Below are positions 1 to 9,993 of a stretch of DNA of 64,000 bases, one piece after another. Position 1 is the first letter of the stretch. Every line of letters begins with the position of its first letter. The notes beneath the pieces are model-generated. The model did not search any database and was not told where the DNA came from. It saw only the letters and a program-made list of their open reading frames with translations. The stretch comes from an uncultured Verrucomicrobiae bacterium (GTDB lineage: Bacteria; Chlamydiota; Chlamydiia; Chlamydiales; Rhabdochlamydiaceae), in the NCBI GenBank assembly GCA_963818965.1, contig CAWFUG010000011.1, forward strand, positions 224,001-288,000, read 5' to 3'. A program made the translations under genes and the position numbers.

Positions 1-2
1 TC

Positions 3-827
3 TACCTCTCGTTAGCACAGCGTTTGGATTTACCATTAGAAATCATCACACCTCCTGGCCACATCTATCTGCGCTACCACAACGGGACTACCTTGATCAA
101 CATCGAGACGACAGCGCGTGGGATTAATCCCCCCTCTGAGACCTACCTCGGGATCAATACACGCAAACTTCAAGAGCGCACTTTTAAAGAAGTGATCGGC
201 TTTGCCTTCATGAACCAAGCGAGCGTGTTCTGGGCCAAACAAGAATATCCCACTGTCGTCTCTCTTTATGAAAAAGCCATCCTTTTTCTCCCCGAAGATC
301 CCCTCCTAAAGATGCTCTTGGGATTCAACTACCTCTTCACCGGACAAAATAGTAAAGCCCACCAAATGCTCCGAGAGATCCGCGATCTGACATTCGACGA
401 AGCTGTCTCCAAAGAGACGATGGCGGAAGACTATTTAAATGCAAAAATCGATAGCAATGGACTTAAAGCAGTTTTTCTCTCTGTCGATGAAACGAGAGAA
501 TCGATCGTTGCAAAACAAAAAGAATTGCAAGGCATTTTGAAAAAACACCCCCATTTTCGCGCAGGACTTCTCCAACTCGCGACGACATGGCTTCAGCTAG
601 GAAGACAGAATGAAGCACGGGAAGTGCTCCAACGCTACCAAAAAATCGACCAGACGAACGCGATCATCGAATACTACCTGGCCGTCCTCTCTCTCATGCG
701 CTACGACCACAACCTCGCGTGGAATTACCTCAAACAAGCAGAGCACTTAACGGCTGCACGTGGCCACTCTCCCAAAGTTCTCTCCTCTTTGCGCGAAAGC
801 TTGCGCAGAGTATCTCCCGAACCTTAA
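3..827 (+). CDS. SirB1/transglutaminase-like core plus TPR-repeat protein (5' partial)
   Basis: Open from the window start. YLSLAQRLDLPL..PPGHIYLRY motif typical of the SirB1/Transglut_core2 family, followed by TPR-like helices. Confidence 0.65.
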   Translation, partial: YLSLAQRLDLPLEIITPPGHIYLRYHNGTTLINIETTARGINPPSETYLGINTRKLQERTFKEVIGFAFMNQASVFWAKQEYPTVVSLYEKAILFLPEDPLLKMLLGFNYLFTGQNSKAHQMLREIRDLTFDEAVSKETMAEDYLNAKIDSNGLKAVFLSVDETRESIVAKQKELQGILKKHPHFRAGLLQLATTWLQLGRQNEAREVLQRYQKIDQTNAIIEYYLAVLSLMRYDHNLAWNYLKQAEHLTAARGHSPKVLSSLRESLRRVSPEP

Positions 828-835
828 AAGTCTGT

Positions 836-900
836 CTATACCCCTTCCACCTCAATCGTAACCACAAGCAAACCGATTAAAAGCTTCGAATTTGGCCAGC
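836..900 (-). repeat. Partial copy of the TATAC palindromic element (right arm of the 11149-11320 element)
   Basis: ctataccccttccacctcaatcgtaaccacaagcaaaccgattaaaagc is the reverse complement of the 3' arm at ~11272-11320. Confidence 0.85.
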
Positions 901-907
901 GCGAAAA

Positions 908-1046
908 CTCCCCATCATTCCATTCTGAATATACGCAATCTCACCACAGAGATGGAAAACCACAGAGAGGAAATTCATATTAAAAAATTCCCTCTCTGTG
1001 GTTTTCCATCTCTGTGGTGAGATTCAACTATTTATGCAACAACGCC
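908..1046 (+). repeat. Family A palindromic element (ACCACAGAG hairpin, IS903-like end)
   Basis: caccacagagatggaaaaccacagagagg...cctctctgtggttttccatctctgtggtg hairpin ending tttatgcaacaacgcc. Five other copies in the window. Confidence 0.9.
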
Positions 1047-1075
1047 GACAGACTCTGAACCTTTTAAAAAAATAC

Positions 1076-1103
1076 TTGCGCATAAAGGCAAATATTTTAT
1101 CAT
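1076..1103 (+). promoter_or_regulatory. Putative sigma66/70 promoter of the porin gene
   Basis: TTGCGC-16 nt-TATCAT upstream of a GAGG RBS and ATG 1139. Confidence 0.4.
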
Positions 1104-1138
1104 GCAGACAGGAAACCTAAATCTTTCAAAGAGGTCGT

Positions 1139-2209
1139 ATGAAGAAATATAGTCTGATGTGTCTACCGATCGTCTGCGCGGCAATGCTGCCTCTTAGCGC
1201 AGATGTCGCAAGAACAAATCAACATCCATCTAAGCAAAATATGCAAAATCGCTCGATGGGCAGCAACGAAATTACGCCGCCAGCCCCTCCCCTCGTCAAA
1301 CACTGTGCAGATCCATTTCTGTCGGCTGAGTACATCTATTGGAGAACGAACCAGCAAGGCCTCGATTACGCCGTTTCTGGAATCGCACTGAATGCAGGAA
1401 GCTCAGAGCGAAAGGGAAGGGTCTATTCTCCTCGCATGGAGTACAGCTCTGGTTTTAAAGTCGGATTCGGCTTGAAGTTCAGACACGACAGCTGGGATTT
1501 ATACGCAAACTACACATGGCTGCGCCCAGAAAGTAAAAAAAGCTCGACTACGCAACGCGATGGACAAGATCTCCAAGCTACTTGGCGCGATGGCTTTAAT
1601 ATTTTCGGGGGAGGAATCCTCGCTGAAGTAGCGAAAGCATCTAGCTCTTGGAATATGGAATTCAACGCCTTGGATCTAGAATTGGGACGCAATTATTTCA
1701 TCAGCCGTCGCCTGACCTTGAGACCCTTCTTCGGCTTGAAATTCGCTTGGATCGATCAAGACATAAAGGTCCATTATAAAAACGTAATCGCATTCAATAA
1801 CGAATATAGATATAAATTAGACCAAGACCAGTTTGGCGTCGGTATCCGTACCGGTTTGAACACTGCTTGGTTCATGTGGAATAAGTGGAGCATCTACGGA
1901 AACTTCGCTATTTCCGCTCTCTATAACGATTTTGACAACCATCAAAAAATGACCTATCAGGATCCTGGTATTAAGTTCGATCACATGAATTTCAAACGGG
2001 ATACACACCGCGTATCTCCTGTTCTAGAACTCGGTTTAGGGCTGCGCTTTGAAACCGACTTCTATGAAGACAACTACCAGTTCCTCCTTCAAGCGGGTTG
2101 GGAAGAGCAAGTTTGGTTTGATCAGAACCAATTCTTCAACCTCCAAGATAATACAGAAGGTAACATGTCTCTGGAAGGATTGACAATCAAAGCTAGCTTT
2201 AGCTTCTAA
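1139..2209 (+). CDS. MOMP-like (Lpg1974-type) outer-membrane beta-barrel porin
   Basis: Signal peptide, AEYIYW, GFKVGFG, DLELGRNY, LRPFFGLK and GWEEQVWFDQNQ motifs, C-terminal Phe. Confidence 0.85.
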   Translation: MKKYSLMCLPIVCAAMLPLSADVARTNQHPSKQNMQNRSMGSNEITPPAPPLVKHCADPFLSAEYIYWRTNQQGLDYAVSGIALNAGSSERKGRVYSPRMEYSSGFKVGFGLKFRHDSWDLYANYTWLRPESKKSSTTQRDGQDLQATWRDGFNIFGGGILAEVAKASSSWNMEFNALDLELGRNYFISRRLTLRPFFGLKFAWIDQDIKVHYKNVIAFNNEYRYKLDQDQFGVGIRTGLNTAWFMWNKWSIYGNFAISALYNDFDNHQKMTYQDPGIKFDHMNFKRDTHRVSPVLELGLGLRFETDFYEDNYQFLLQAGWEEQVWFDQNQFFNLQDNTEGNMSLEGLTIKASFSF

Positions 2210-2230
2210 GTCGTTTCCTTAGCAAATCCA

Positions 2231-2263
2231 AGAGCCGCTCATCTGTTTTTGAGCGGCTCTTTA
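2231..2263 (+). terminator. Intrinsic terminator
   Basis: agagccgctc-loop-gagcggctct followed by tt, just after the porin stop. Confidence 0.7.
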
Positions 2264-2278
2264 TATACAGAGTTTTAT

Positions 2279-2824
2279 ATGAAAAATCGTTGGATTCCAA
2301 GCTTACTAACAGTGTGTGTCATTTCTCTCTCTTCTCTACAAGCCACGATTATCTTAGATGAAGTGATGTCGCAAGATGAGCAAAAAAAGACAGGGATCGA
2401 CCGACTCTCTCGCCATCAAAAATTGGCTTTCGAAGCTTGGTTAAACCAAACATTCATCCTAAAAACAGAAGCAGAAAAATCAGAATCTTCCCCCCTCTCT
2501 CTCTCGATTAATATCGATCACGGCCACAAGCTCCAATTATCAGACAATTCGATCTGGGAAATCGACCCCGCCGATAAAAACACGGCTGCTGGTTGGATCA
2601 CTCCCATTCCGGTCAAAATCGGCTCTAGCAAAAACTCCGCTTACCCCTACCTGCTCATCAACGCCACATCAGGTGTCAGCGTAAAAGCGCGCATTCCACA
2701 ACACACTCCGCCTCCACCCCACCCCGTACCTGCTCCTCAGCCTTCTGGAACCATGACTCCGGCTCCTGAAGCTACTCCTCAATCCCCTGAATCGCAACCT
2801 GCCCAACCTGCAATGAAACCTTAA
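2279..2824 (+). CDS. Secreted hypothetical protein with Pro-rich tail
   Basis: ATG 2279 (MKNRWIPS) begins a signal peptide. Proline-rich C-terminus. Confidence 0.75.
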   Translation: MKNRWIPSLLTVCVISLSSLQATIILDEVMSQDEQKKTGIDRLSRHQKLAFEAWLNQTFILKTEAEKSESSPLSLSINIDHGHKLQLSDNSIWEIDPADKNTAAGWITPIPVKIGSSKNSAYPYLLINATSGVSVKARIPQHTPPPPHPVPAPQPSGTMTPAPEATPQSPESQPAQPAMKP

Positions 2825-2855
2825 ATTTCAGCGGCGGCTTTGACGCCGCTGAAAT
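2825..2855 (+). terminator. Stem-loop terminator
   Basis: atttcagcggcg-gctttga-cgccgctgaaat immediately after the stop. Confidence 0.6.
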
Positions 2856-2872
2856 GCAAGTTATCGTATTAA

Positions 2873-2902
2873 TTGACATATCCCCTTTCCTCGAGGTATG
2901 AT
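2873..2902 (+). promoter_or_regulatory. Putative sigma66/70 promoter
   Basis: TTGACA-18 nt-TATGAT upstream of ORF 2917. Confidence 0.55.
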
Positions 2903-2916
2903 TTGTACCCCAAAGA

Positions 2917-3831
2917 ATGGAACGATCTGCTCTCATGAATTTTTCATCTCCGATCCTCAAACGCCTTCTCAAAATCATCCTTGTAGGAGCTGCCCTATTT
3001 GGACTCCATCTCTTCTGTGAGATAAAAACGGAAGGGTTTCGCTTTTATCAGCTCCTCTCCGATCTGCCCAATGATCCCCGTTGGGAAGTGCCCCCTTTAT
3101 CGAAAGAAGAGCAAGACGCGATCTCGACCCGCCTTAATCAGACGTTTACTTACTTAGGCCATGGCGGCTGGTGCTATGCTTTTTTAGGAGAAGATAAAAA
3201 AACTGTCTTAAAGTTCTACAAGCACAGCCATCTCAGCCCGAAGGAAATGCTCCGCCATTTCCATTTTGAAAACCTCTTTCTCAAAGCCCCCTCTTGGACG
3301 GGAGAGACGGTCTTTTTTCAAGAGTTCAATTTCAAAAGCTGCATGCTCCTCTATACCCAAGCAAAAGAGCGGACCGGAATCCTCTATGTTCACCTCAATA
3401 AAACGGAGCACAAGCACCCAACCGTCACCCTGATCGACCCCATCGGCGTCCGCCATATTCTCGATCTCGATCAAACAGAATTCATCGTCCAAGAAAAAGC
3501 AGAACTCTTAACCCCCCATCTCGATCAATTGATGCGAGACAAAAAGCTCACTGAAGCCAAGGACTGCATCGACGAACTCTTTTCTTGTCTTCTCACATTC
3601 TACTCAAGGGGAATTCGGGACTTAGATCGCTCGATCCGAAAAAATTTCGGATTCGTCGGCCATAAAGCGATCTCTTTAGACCTCAGTTCCTTTGTTAACG
3701 ACGAATCCCTAAAAGACCCCACCTCACATAAAACAGAAATCAGCCTCAAAACACACAGGATCGCCCGCTGGCTAAGAAAATACCACCCGGAACTACATGC
3801 CTACTATGAAGACCGTCTGCAGACACTCTAG
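2917..3831 (+). CDS. Membrane-anchored hypothetical protein, protein-kinase-like motifs (paralog 1)
   Basis: N-terminal TM helix. YLGHGG, VLK, DLD..KN and LDLS motifs. Paralog of 3797-4708. Confidence 0.75.
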   Translation: MERSALMNFSSPILKRLLKIILVGAALFGLHLFCEIKTEGFRFYQLLSDLPNDPRWEVPPLSKEEQDAISTRLNQTFTYLGHGGWCYAFLGEDKKTVLKFYKHSHLSPKEMLRHFHFENLFLKAPSWTGETVFFQEFNFKSCMLLYTQAKERTGILYVHLNKTEHKHPTVTLIDPIGVRHILDLDQTEFIVQEKAELLTPHLDQLMRDKKLTEAKDCIDELFSCLLTFYSRGIRDLDRSIRKNFGFVGHKAISLDLSSFVNDESLKDPTSHKTEISLKTHRIARWLRKYHPELHAYYEDRLQTL

Positions 3832-4708
3832 AGGCCTTTTCTTGGCTCTTTTGCTCTTTTCGATTCTCCTAGTTCGAATGGATCGCCTATTCTTTAAAAG
3901 AGCCCATAGCTTCTGCTCCCATTTTATCCACAGCTCTTTTCCCAACGCAAACCTGTTTGCACTCCCTGCTCCAACAGAGGAGGAACTCAACCAACTCGAT
4001 ACCATTTTAAAGCAGAAGTTCCACTACCTCGCCAAGGGGACACATTGTTTCGCCTTCCTCTCTGAAGACCAAAATTACGTCATCAAACTCCATCGCTTCC
4101 CCTCTCACTTACGCCTCTTTCCCTGGCTAACCCACCCTTTCCGCTACCAATTCAATGAAAAACGAAAAAAAATCAAAGAATACAACATCCAAAGACTGCA
4201 GTATCACCTAACTAACTACAAAAACAGCTTTTTAGACCTCAAAGAAGAAACAGGACTGATTCTCGTTCACACGAATCGGACAAACACCCTAAAACAGTTC
4301 GTAACCCTCATCGATAAAACGGATGCAGAGCATCGCGTTTGCTTAGATGATACGACCTATATTCTACAAAAAAGGGCAGATCTCATCTATCCCACCTTGA
4401 ATCGCCTCTATACAGAGAAAAAATTCGAAGAAGCTAAAAGTGTCATCTCAAGCATCATCCAACTCATCACAACCTGTTGTAAAAAGGGCTACATCGATGC
4501 AGACCCCGTCCTGAGAAAAAATTACGGGCTGATCGGGCTCAAAGCCATTCACATCGACATCGGCGATCTCATCCATCGCGAAGGAATACAAGAGCGAGAC
4601 AACTACATTCCTCACGTAAAGGAGATGACCGAAAGTTTCCGCCAGCACATCGCAATCGAATATCCAGAACTCCTCTCCCACTATTACCAAGAGATCGCTT
4701 CGCTCTAG
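3797..4708 (+). CDS. Membrane-anchored hypothetical protein, protein-kinase-like motifs (paralog 2)
   Basis: N-terminal TM helix. YLAKG, VIK, DAD..KN and IDIG motifs. Colinear with 2917-3831. Confidence 0.75.
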   Translation: MPTMKTVCRHSRGLFLALLLFSILLVRMDRLFFKRAHSFCSHFIHSSFPNANLFALPAPTEEELNQLDTILKQKFHYLAKGTHCFAFLSEDQNYVIKLHRFPSHLRLFPWLTHPFRYQFNEKRKKIKEYNIQRLQYHLTNYKNSFLDLKEETGLILVHTNRTNTLKQFVTLIDKTDAEHRVCLDDTTYILQKRADLIYPTLNRLYTEKKFEEAKSVISSIIQLITTCCKKGYIDADPVLRKNYGLIGLKAIHIDIGDLIHREGIQERDNYIPHVKEMTESFRQHIAIEYPELLSHYYQEIASL

Positions 4709-4862
4709 CGTATAGGTATAAAACTGCTTGCCAAATATTTCAGATGAAACGTAAACTTTTTCTCGAAGTTTTTCTCCTTAAAGAACGGACCGCTCATCGC
4801 AGCTTTTCCCTTTAAGCGAGGGTAATACTTTCAAAAACATCAACCTTAAGAGGTATCCCGCC

Positions 4863-5837
4863 ATGGCCACTCCAATCCCATCTCCAAGCTCATCACTAAG
4901 CTCGTTACCAACAAATACTTCTAGTTCCCTTCACAAACAAACCCCTCCAGCATCGCTCCACTCATCTCAACACGCTACAGCTAAAACAACAACGGGTTTA
5001 GCCAAAAAGATCCCATTTACCCCAACAACAACAACTACTTCTAAGACTCCTGCTTCCTCTGATTTATCCAATTCTGTCAGATTGAACTGGAAGAATCTGT
5101 TCGTTGATGAAGACTCACCTGTACAAAGCACATCGAAAGCTGGTCATTCTAAACACACACAAAAATCGCACGAGAGCTCTACAAAGAGCAGCAAATTTAT
5201 AAAAGAATCGGATAAAGCGAGCTCTAAATCCAAGGATAAAGAAACGAGCAAGATCTCTTCGAAATCTGGACGTACGCTCACATCGAGCTGGCTTGAAAGT
5301 TCTTCGGAAGAAGACGACGGATTATGGACATCCGCTCGATTCCAAAAGATACCTGAAGCGAGTCTCAAAATAAGTAAAAAAACGAGTTCAGAATCATCGG
5401 AAGCGTCTGAAGAAACCGATGAAACTTCCCTCCTGGACTTGCTTTCGCGAGATGGAAAAGCAGAACACTCTCTGGACAAGTTCTATGGCACTGATGAAGA
5501 GACCGATGCTCGCATAAAAAATACTCTTCAGCTGTCCTCTTTTGAGATCCGTTTAGACTTAACAGGGCGCCCTGACCTTTTTGATGAGCCTATTGAATTG
5601 CAGCTAACAGCTGGAGGACAGCTCCAACCAAATCTTCTTCAGCAACATCAAGACAGCTCAAAAGAACATCGCATCTTTCACCTTATAACAACAGGTGATA
5701 TCGAGTTCCAACCGCTACTTCACGTTCAAAACCAAATTCAGAATCTAGAGACAAACGAATCTGGAATAGTCCCCTTCACTAAAGCTAAATACGTGAATAT
5801 TCTTTACCTCACTCCAAAGGATGCAAGCGCTCCTTAA
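4863..5837 (+). CDS. Ser/Thr/Lys-rich low-complexity hypothetical protein (candidate T3SS effector)
   Basis: 324-aa ORF with a GAGG RBS and a S/T/P-rich disordered N-terminus. Confidence 0.7.
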   Translation: MATPIPSPSSSLSSLPTNTSSSLHKQTPPASLHSSQHATAKTTTGLAKKIPFTPTTTTTSKTPASSDLSNSVRLNWKNLFVDEDSPVQSTSKAGHSKHTQKSHESSTKSSKFIKESDKASSKSKDKETSKISSKSGRTLTSSWLESSSEEDDGLWTSARFQKIPEASLKISKKTSSESSEASEETDETSLLDLLSRDGKAEHSLDKFYGTDEETDARIKNTLQLSSFEIRLDLTGRPDLFDEPIELQLTAGGQLQPNLLQQHQDSSKEHRIFHLITTGDIEFQPLLHVQNQIQNLETNESGIVPFTKAKYVNILYLTPKDASAP

Positions 5838-5844
5838 AAGTGAG

Positions 5845-6014
5845 CTATACTGCGCCCGGTTAGGAATTGCTAATTTGAGCTTTTGATCAGCCCCCGGGAT
5901 TCCACGATCGAAAAGGGGGCCAGTATTGAGGAAATACAGGCCCCCTTTTCGATCGTGGAATCCCGGAGCTTATGTACCGCTCAAATTAGCAATTCCTGAC
6001 CGGGCGCAGTATAG
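5845..6014. repeat. Family B long palindromic element (CTATAC...GTATAG)
   Basis: ~170-bp fold-back. Near-identical core at 39377-39551. Confidence 0.9.
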
Positions 6015-6024
6015 GGCCTTTGAC

Positions 6025-6063
6025 AAAAGGCGCCAGCGCGTTCTACGCGCTGGCGCCTTTTTT
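6025..6063. terminator. Bidirectional intrinsic terminator
   Basis: aaaaggcgccagcgcg-ttcta-cgcgctggcgcctttttt between convergent genes. Confidence 0.8.
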
Positions 6064-6529
6064 ATTCTTTCGGGAGAAAGTCTTTAAATTGAGATTGCAA
6101 AGAAGAAGGAACGACCTCTTCGATCGCTGATTTATCGTACATGAGGAAGTAAGTACACGCGATCATGATGCCAAAAGAGGGGCTAAAGAGAGCGACGAAA
6201 AGGGAAATACCGCACACGAGCGAGCGGCGCAAGGAGAGCCACGCGTGGTCTCTAAAGCGAGCAAAACGCTCCTTTCCCAACACAAACTGCAAAAGCACCC
6301 CACACAATAAACGCCCTAGCGCATAGAGCGCCCAAAAGAGATCTGCGAGCAGCAACAGGAAAAAAAAGAGACGCGCTGCCAGTGAAGAAAAAAACCGTCC
6401 CCGCCCTTCTGTGGATTCCCCCGGCGCCTCCGTTGCCCCATACTCTTTTGATTCCGCTTCTTTTAAAGCGCAAGGTACCTCACACTCATTTATCTCTTTT
6501 TCCACACTGGAAATATCGTAAATCGCCAT
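6062..6529 (-). CDS. Hypothetical membrane protein
   Basis: 155-aa ORF with several hydrophobic segments, downstream of sthA. Confidence 0.7.
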   Translation of the reverse strand: MAIYDISSVEKEINECEVPCALKEAESKEYGATEAPGESTEGRGRFFSSLAARLFFFLLLLADLFWALYALGRLLCGVLLQFVLGKERFARFRDHAWLSLRRSLVCGISLFVALFSPSFGIMIACTYFLMYDKSAIEEVVPSSLQSQFKDFLPKE

Positions 6530-6551
6530 ACTATTTATTCTCTATTTCTTG

Positions 6552-6584
6552 CTATACCCAAGTGGACTCAAAAGTTGGGTATAG
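6552..6584. repeat. Short TATAC element (CTATACCCAAGTGGACTCAAAAGTTGGGTATAG)
   Basis: Motif recurs at 11149, 26161, 37262, ~49605-49750 and 56762. Confidence 0.85.
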
Positions 6585-6587
6585 TCT

Positions 6588-7991
6588 CTATTTCTTGTGC
6601 TTGATCTTGTTAAATCCGTTTAACGCCGCAATCCGATACCCTTCGGCGAAGGTCGGATAGTTAAACACTTGATCGATAAAATAATCGATCCGCGCATTGA
6701 AACTCATCGCCACTTGTCCGATATGGATCACCTCTGTCGCCGCTCTTCCAATGATGTGAATGCCTAAGATTTCTAAAGTCTCCGCATGAAAGAGAATCTT
6801 AAACATCCCCGGATCATTTCCGATGATCTGATTGCGGGCGATCTCGTAGTAGTACGCTCTGCCGATCTCATAGCGAAAGCCAAGTTTCTTGAGCTGATTT
6901 TCAGTATACCCGCAGGAAGAAATTTCTGGAATCGTATAAATGCCGATCGGATACAATTCAGGAAAATGGTGCGTCTGTGCACCGAAGGCGTGGCGCGCGG
7001 CAAGTCTGCCCTGCTCCATACTCGTCGATGCCAATGCAGGCGCTCCAATCACATCTCCCGCTGCATAAATGTGAGGGACTGCCGTCTGAAACAAGGCATT
7101 CACAGGGATGTACCCAAATCGATCGAGAGAAATGCCCAGTGTTTCGATTTCAAGTCCATCGACATTCGCCTCTCTACCTAATGCGTAGAGCAACATCTCC
7201 GCTTCCACTTTTAATCCATCTTTAAGCGTCACCTCGACACCCTCTCCCGTCTTTCGGATCGTCTCTACTTCTCGATTTCCCAACACCTTTAATCCGATTG
7301 CATTGAGCGCTTTTTGCAAGTGCATTCCGATCTCTGTATCGAGAAGGGGTAAGAGATGTTCCCGTTTGTCGATGACAGTCACTTCAGTGCCTAAAGCGGC
7401 AAAAAAACTCGCATACTCAGAACCGATGATCCCGCCGCCTAAAACGATCAATGTCTTGGGAACGTGATCGATCGAAAGAAGGCGTGTCGAATCCAAAATC
7501 TTTTCATTGTCGAAAGGGACGTGAGTTGGATTGCGCGGTTTAGATCCCGTTGCGATCAAATAGAATTCTGCCGTAATCCGACAAAAAGGGCCCACTCCAT
7601 CTAAAACTGAGATACACTTCCCATCCTCAAAACGCGCACTTCCCTTTAACAGGCGAATCCCATTCTTCTCAAACTGGCGCACCAACATCTTCCGCTGCTC
7701 TTCTAAGACAAAATTGAGCCGGTAGTTGAGATCATTGATCGACACAGCCCGTATCGCAGGATCCTGTCCATAGAAGTTTCGAGTATAGAAATCGGTTAGA
7801 TCCAGGATCGCCTCCCTTAAGGATTTCGAAGGGATCGTCCCCGAATTGAGCGAAGCACCTCCCGGATAGGAATCTTTTTCGATGACGATTACACTCTTTC
7901 CCAATTTTGCAGCTTGAATCGCCGCCTTTTGACCCGCGGGTCCTGAACCGATCACGACAAAATCTGCATACAATTCTTCCACAGAGCTCAC
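6588..7991 (-). CDS. sthA: Soluble pyridine nucleotide transhydrogenase (Si-specific)
   Basis: GSGPAG FAD motif, GTIPSK, GIYTIPEIS and FNYPTFAEGYRIAALNG C-terminus, no redox cysteine pair. Confidence 0.9.
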   Translation of the reverse strand: MSSVEELYADFVVIGSGPAGQKAAIQAAKLGKSVIVIEKDSYPGGASLNSGTIPSKSLREAILDLTDFYTRNFYGQDPAIRAVSINDLNYRLNFVLEEQRKMLVRQFEKNGIRLLKGSARFEDGKCISVLDGVGPFCRITAEFYLIATGSKPRNPTHVPFDNEKILDSTRLLSIDHVPKTLIVLGGGIIGSEYASFFAALGTEVTVIDKREHLLPLLDTEIGMHLQKALNAIGLKVLGNREVETIRKTGEGVEVTLKDGLKVEAEMLLYALGREANVDGLEIETLGISLDRFGYIPVNALFQTAVPHIYAAGDVIGAPALASTSMEQGRLAARHAFGAQTHHFPELYPIGIYTIPEISSCGYTENQLKKLGFRYEIGRAYYYEIARNQIIGNDPGMFKILFHAETLEILGIHIIGRAATEVIHIGQVAMSFNARIDYFIDQVFNYPTFAEGYRIAALNGFNKIKHKK

Positions 7992-8101
7992 TCCCTAAAC
8001 GCGCGCATTAAAATTTTAAATTACAGACACAAATATTGTTGTTCAATATGTTTTAAGCTGGTATGCTGCTGCCTTTATTACCTTTTAGGGAGAAGAAACA
8101 C

Positions 8102-8377
8102 ATGTCTAAGAAATGTCAAGTGACTGGCAAAGTCCCCGTCCGCGGCAAATCTTACGCGCTTCGCGGGATTGCAAAGAAAAAGAAAGGGATCGGCCTTAAA
8201 GTCACGGGAATCAAGCGCCGTCGCTTCCAACCTAACTTACAAAAAAAGCGCCTCTGGTTCGCTGAAGAGAATCGATTCATTTCGCTCAGAATCTCCACGA
8301 ATGCCTTGCGCACCATCGACAAAGTAGGCCTGCCTACAATCGTCAGAGAGCTCCGTGCAAAGGGAGAGACCGTTTAA
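8102..8377 (+). CDS. rpmB: 50S ribosomal protein L28
   Basis: [10 protein letters not shown]...[13 protein letters not shown]. True start ATG 8102. Confidence 0.95.
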   Translation: MSKKCQVTGKVPVRGKSYALRGIAKKKKGIGLKVTGIKRRRFQPNLQKKRLWFAEENRFISLRISTNALRTIDKVGLPTIVRELRAKGETV

Positions 8378-9377
8378 ATTTCATGCCGTCTACCGATCCT
8401 GGATCTTCCGGCTCTCGTTAGGCGGCATTTTTCTTTTCTATCTCTGGCTCGTTTTTTTCACCCACACCACCCCGCTTCCTTCCACCAAAACCTCCCTTTT
8501 GCTCTATTCGAATCAGACAAGACAAGACCTCAAACACCTCTTCCTTCACGCCATTAAAAAGGCCAAGACCTCGCTCTTCCTAAGCGTCTATGGAATTACC
8601 GATCCTGACATCTTAAACCTGCTGCATAAAAAATCTCTAGAATCCCTCCCTGTTCATGTCGAGTTCGATCCCACAGCCTCTCTTTCTTTAGGACGCATGC
8701 CCTCCACCCTTCAGCTCTTTCCCATCCGATCGAAAGGGCTCATGCATCAAAAAATTTTGATCGTCGACGCAACGGACGTCTACCTCGGCTCTGCAAACCT
8801 CACCCCCTCCTCCTTGCGCCATCACGACAACCTGGTCGTTGGCCTCTACCATCCCCCCCTTGCCCAGTTTCTCAAGAACCCAGAAGGCGCCACCTCCTTC
8901 TCTTTTTCGATCGACACCTCTCCAGCAGAACTCTATCTCCTCCCCGATCCATACCATCTAGGACTAGAGCGCCTGCTTAAAACAGTGAACGACGCCAAGA
9001 CCTCCATCCACATCGCCATGTTCACCCTGACCCATCCGAAGATTCAAGAAGCCCTTATCCAAGCCAAAAAACGAGGGGTCGACGTCCGCATCGCAATCGA
9101 TTACTTCACAGCAAAAGGAGCCAGCCAAAAAGCGGTAGAACACCTGAGCCAAGCGCAAATCCCCCTCTTTTTTAGCCAAGGAAGGCAGCTCCTCCACCAC
9201 AAATGGGCCTGGATCGATGGAGAACTCCTCGTCATGGGATCTGCCAACTGGACAAAATCTGCTTTCACAAAAAATCGAGATTTCTTACTCTTTCTTCCTC
9301 TATCAGACAAAAAGCATAAACGATTTTTAAATACTCTCTGGAAGATCATTGAAACGGAATGTAACAACCACTTATAA
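8355..9377 (+). CDS. Phospholipase D family protein
   Basis: Two HKD motifs ([14 protein letters not shown] and [14 protein letters not shown]) and an N-terminal TM helix. Confidence 0.9.
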   Translation: MQRERPFKFHAVYRSWIFRLSLGGIFLFYLWLVFFTHTTPLPSTKTSLLLYSNQTRQDLKHLFLHAIKKAKTSLFLSVYGITDPDILNLLHKKSLESLPVHVEFDPTASLSLGRMPSTLQLFPIRSKGLMHQKILIVDATDVYLGSANLTPSSLRHHDNLVVGLYHPPLAQFLKNPEGATSFSFSIDTSPAELYLLPDPYHLGLERLLKTVNDAKTSIHIAMFTLTHPKIQEALIQAKKRGVDVRIAIDYFTAKGASQKAVEHLSQAQIPLFFSQGRQLLHHKWAWIDGELLVMGSANWTKSAFTKNRDFLLFLPLSDKKHKRFLNTLWKIIETECNNHL

Positions 9378-9384
9378 ATAGATT

Positions 9385-9993
9385 ATGGAAAACTTTTGGC
9401 CGCAGGTCCTCACCATCGCCGTCTCCCTCTTCTTACTGATGGACTCCATCGGCAATATCCCCATTTTCATCTCCGTTTTAAAAGATGTCCCGCGAAAGAG
9501 ACAGCGAATCGTCATTTTAAGAGAGATGGTCATTGCCCTCTTCGTCATCATCCTCTTTGAATTTTTGGGAGACTACTTACTCGCGCTTTTGCATGTGACG
9601 ATGCCGACCATCCTCATCTCTGGAGGTCTAATCCTTCTACTCATCGCGCTCAAGATGATCTTTCCCACGAAGCAAAATGCAGATACGGGTATCGCCTCAG
9701 ACAAAGAACCGCTGATCGTCCCCCTCGCCATCCCCTTAATAGCAGGCCCCGCCGTTCTAGCCGCCGTAATGCTCTATTCTGGCCAGTACACAAATAATTG
9801 GATCCCCCTTACAGCAACAGCCATCGCTTGGACCCTCTCCACCATCATCCTCGTCAGCGCCGGCTTTTTTAAAAAATGGCTCGGCACGCGCGGTATCCTC
9901 GCCCTAGAGAGACTGATGGGATTGATCTTAACCCTTATCGCCATTGAGATGTTCCTAGATGGAATCGACCTCTTCCTCAAAGCCACCGCTTAA
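9385..9993 (+). CDS. MarC family inner-membrane protein
   Basis: MDSIGNIPIF, VPLAIPLIAGP and ERLMGLIL motifs. Confidence 0.9.
   Translation: MENFWPQVLTIAVSLFLLMDSIGNIPIFISVLKDVPRKRQRIVILREMVIALFVIILFEFLGDYLLALLHVTMPTILISGGLILLLIALKMIFPTKQNADTGIASDKEPLIVPLAIPLIAGPAVLAAVMLYSGQYTNNWIPLTATAIAWTLSTIILVSAGFFKKWLGTRGILALERLMGLILTLIAIEMFLDGIDLFLKATA

Noticed and set aside
4750..4850. Possible structured leader or riboswitch upstream of ORF 4863
   Set aside because: Only weak imperfect pairing and no recognisable riboswitch consensus.
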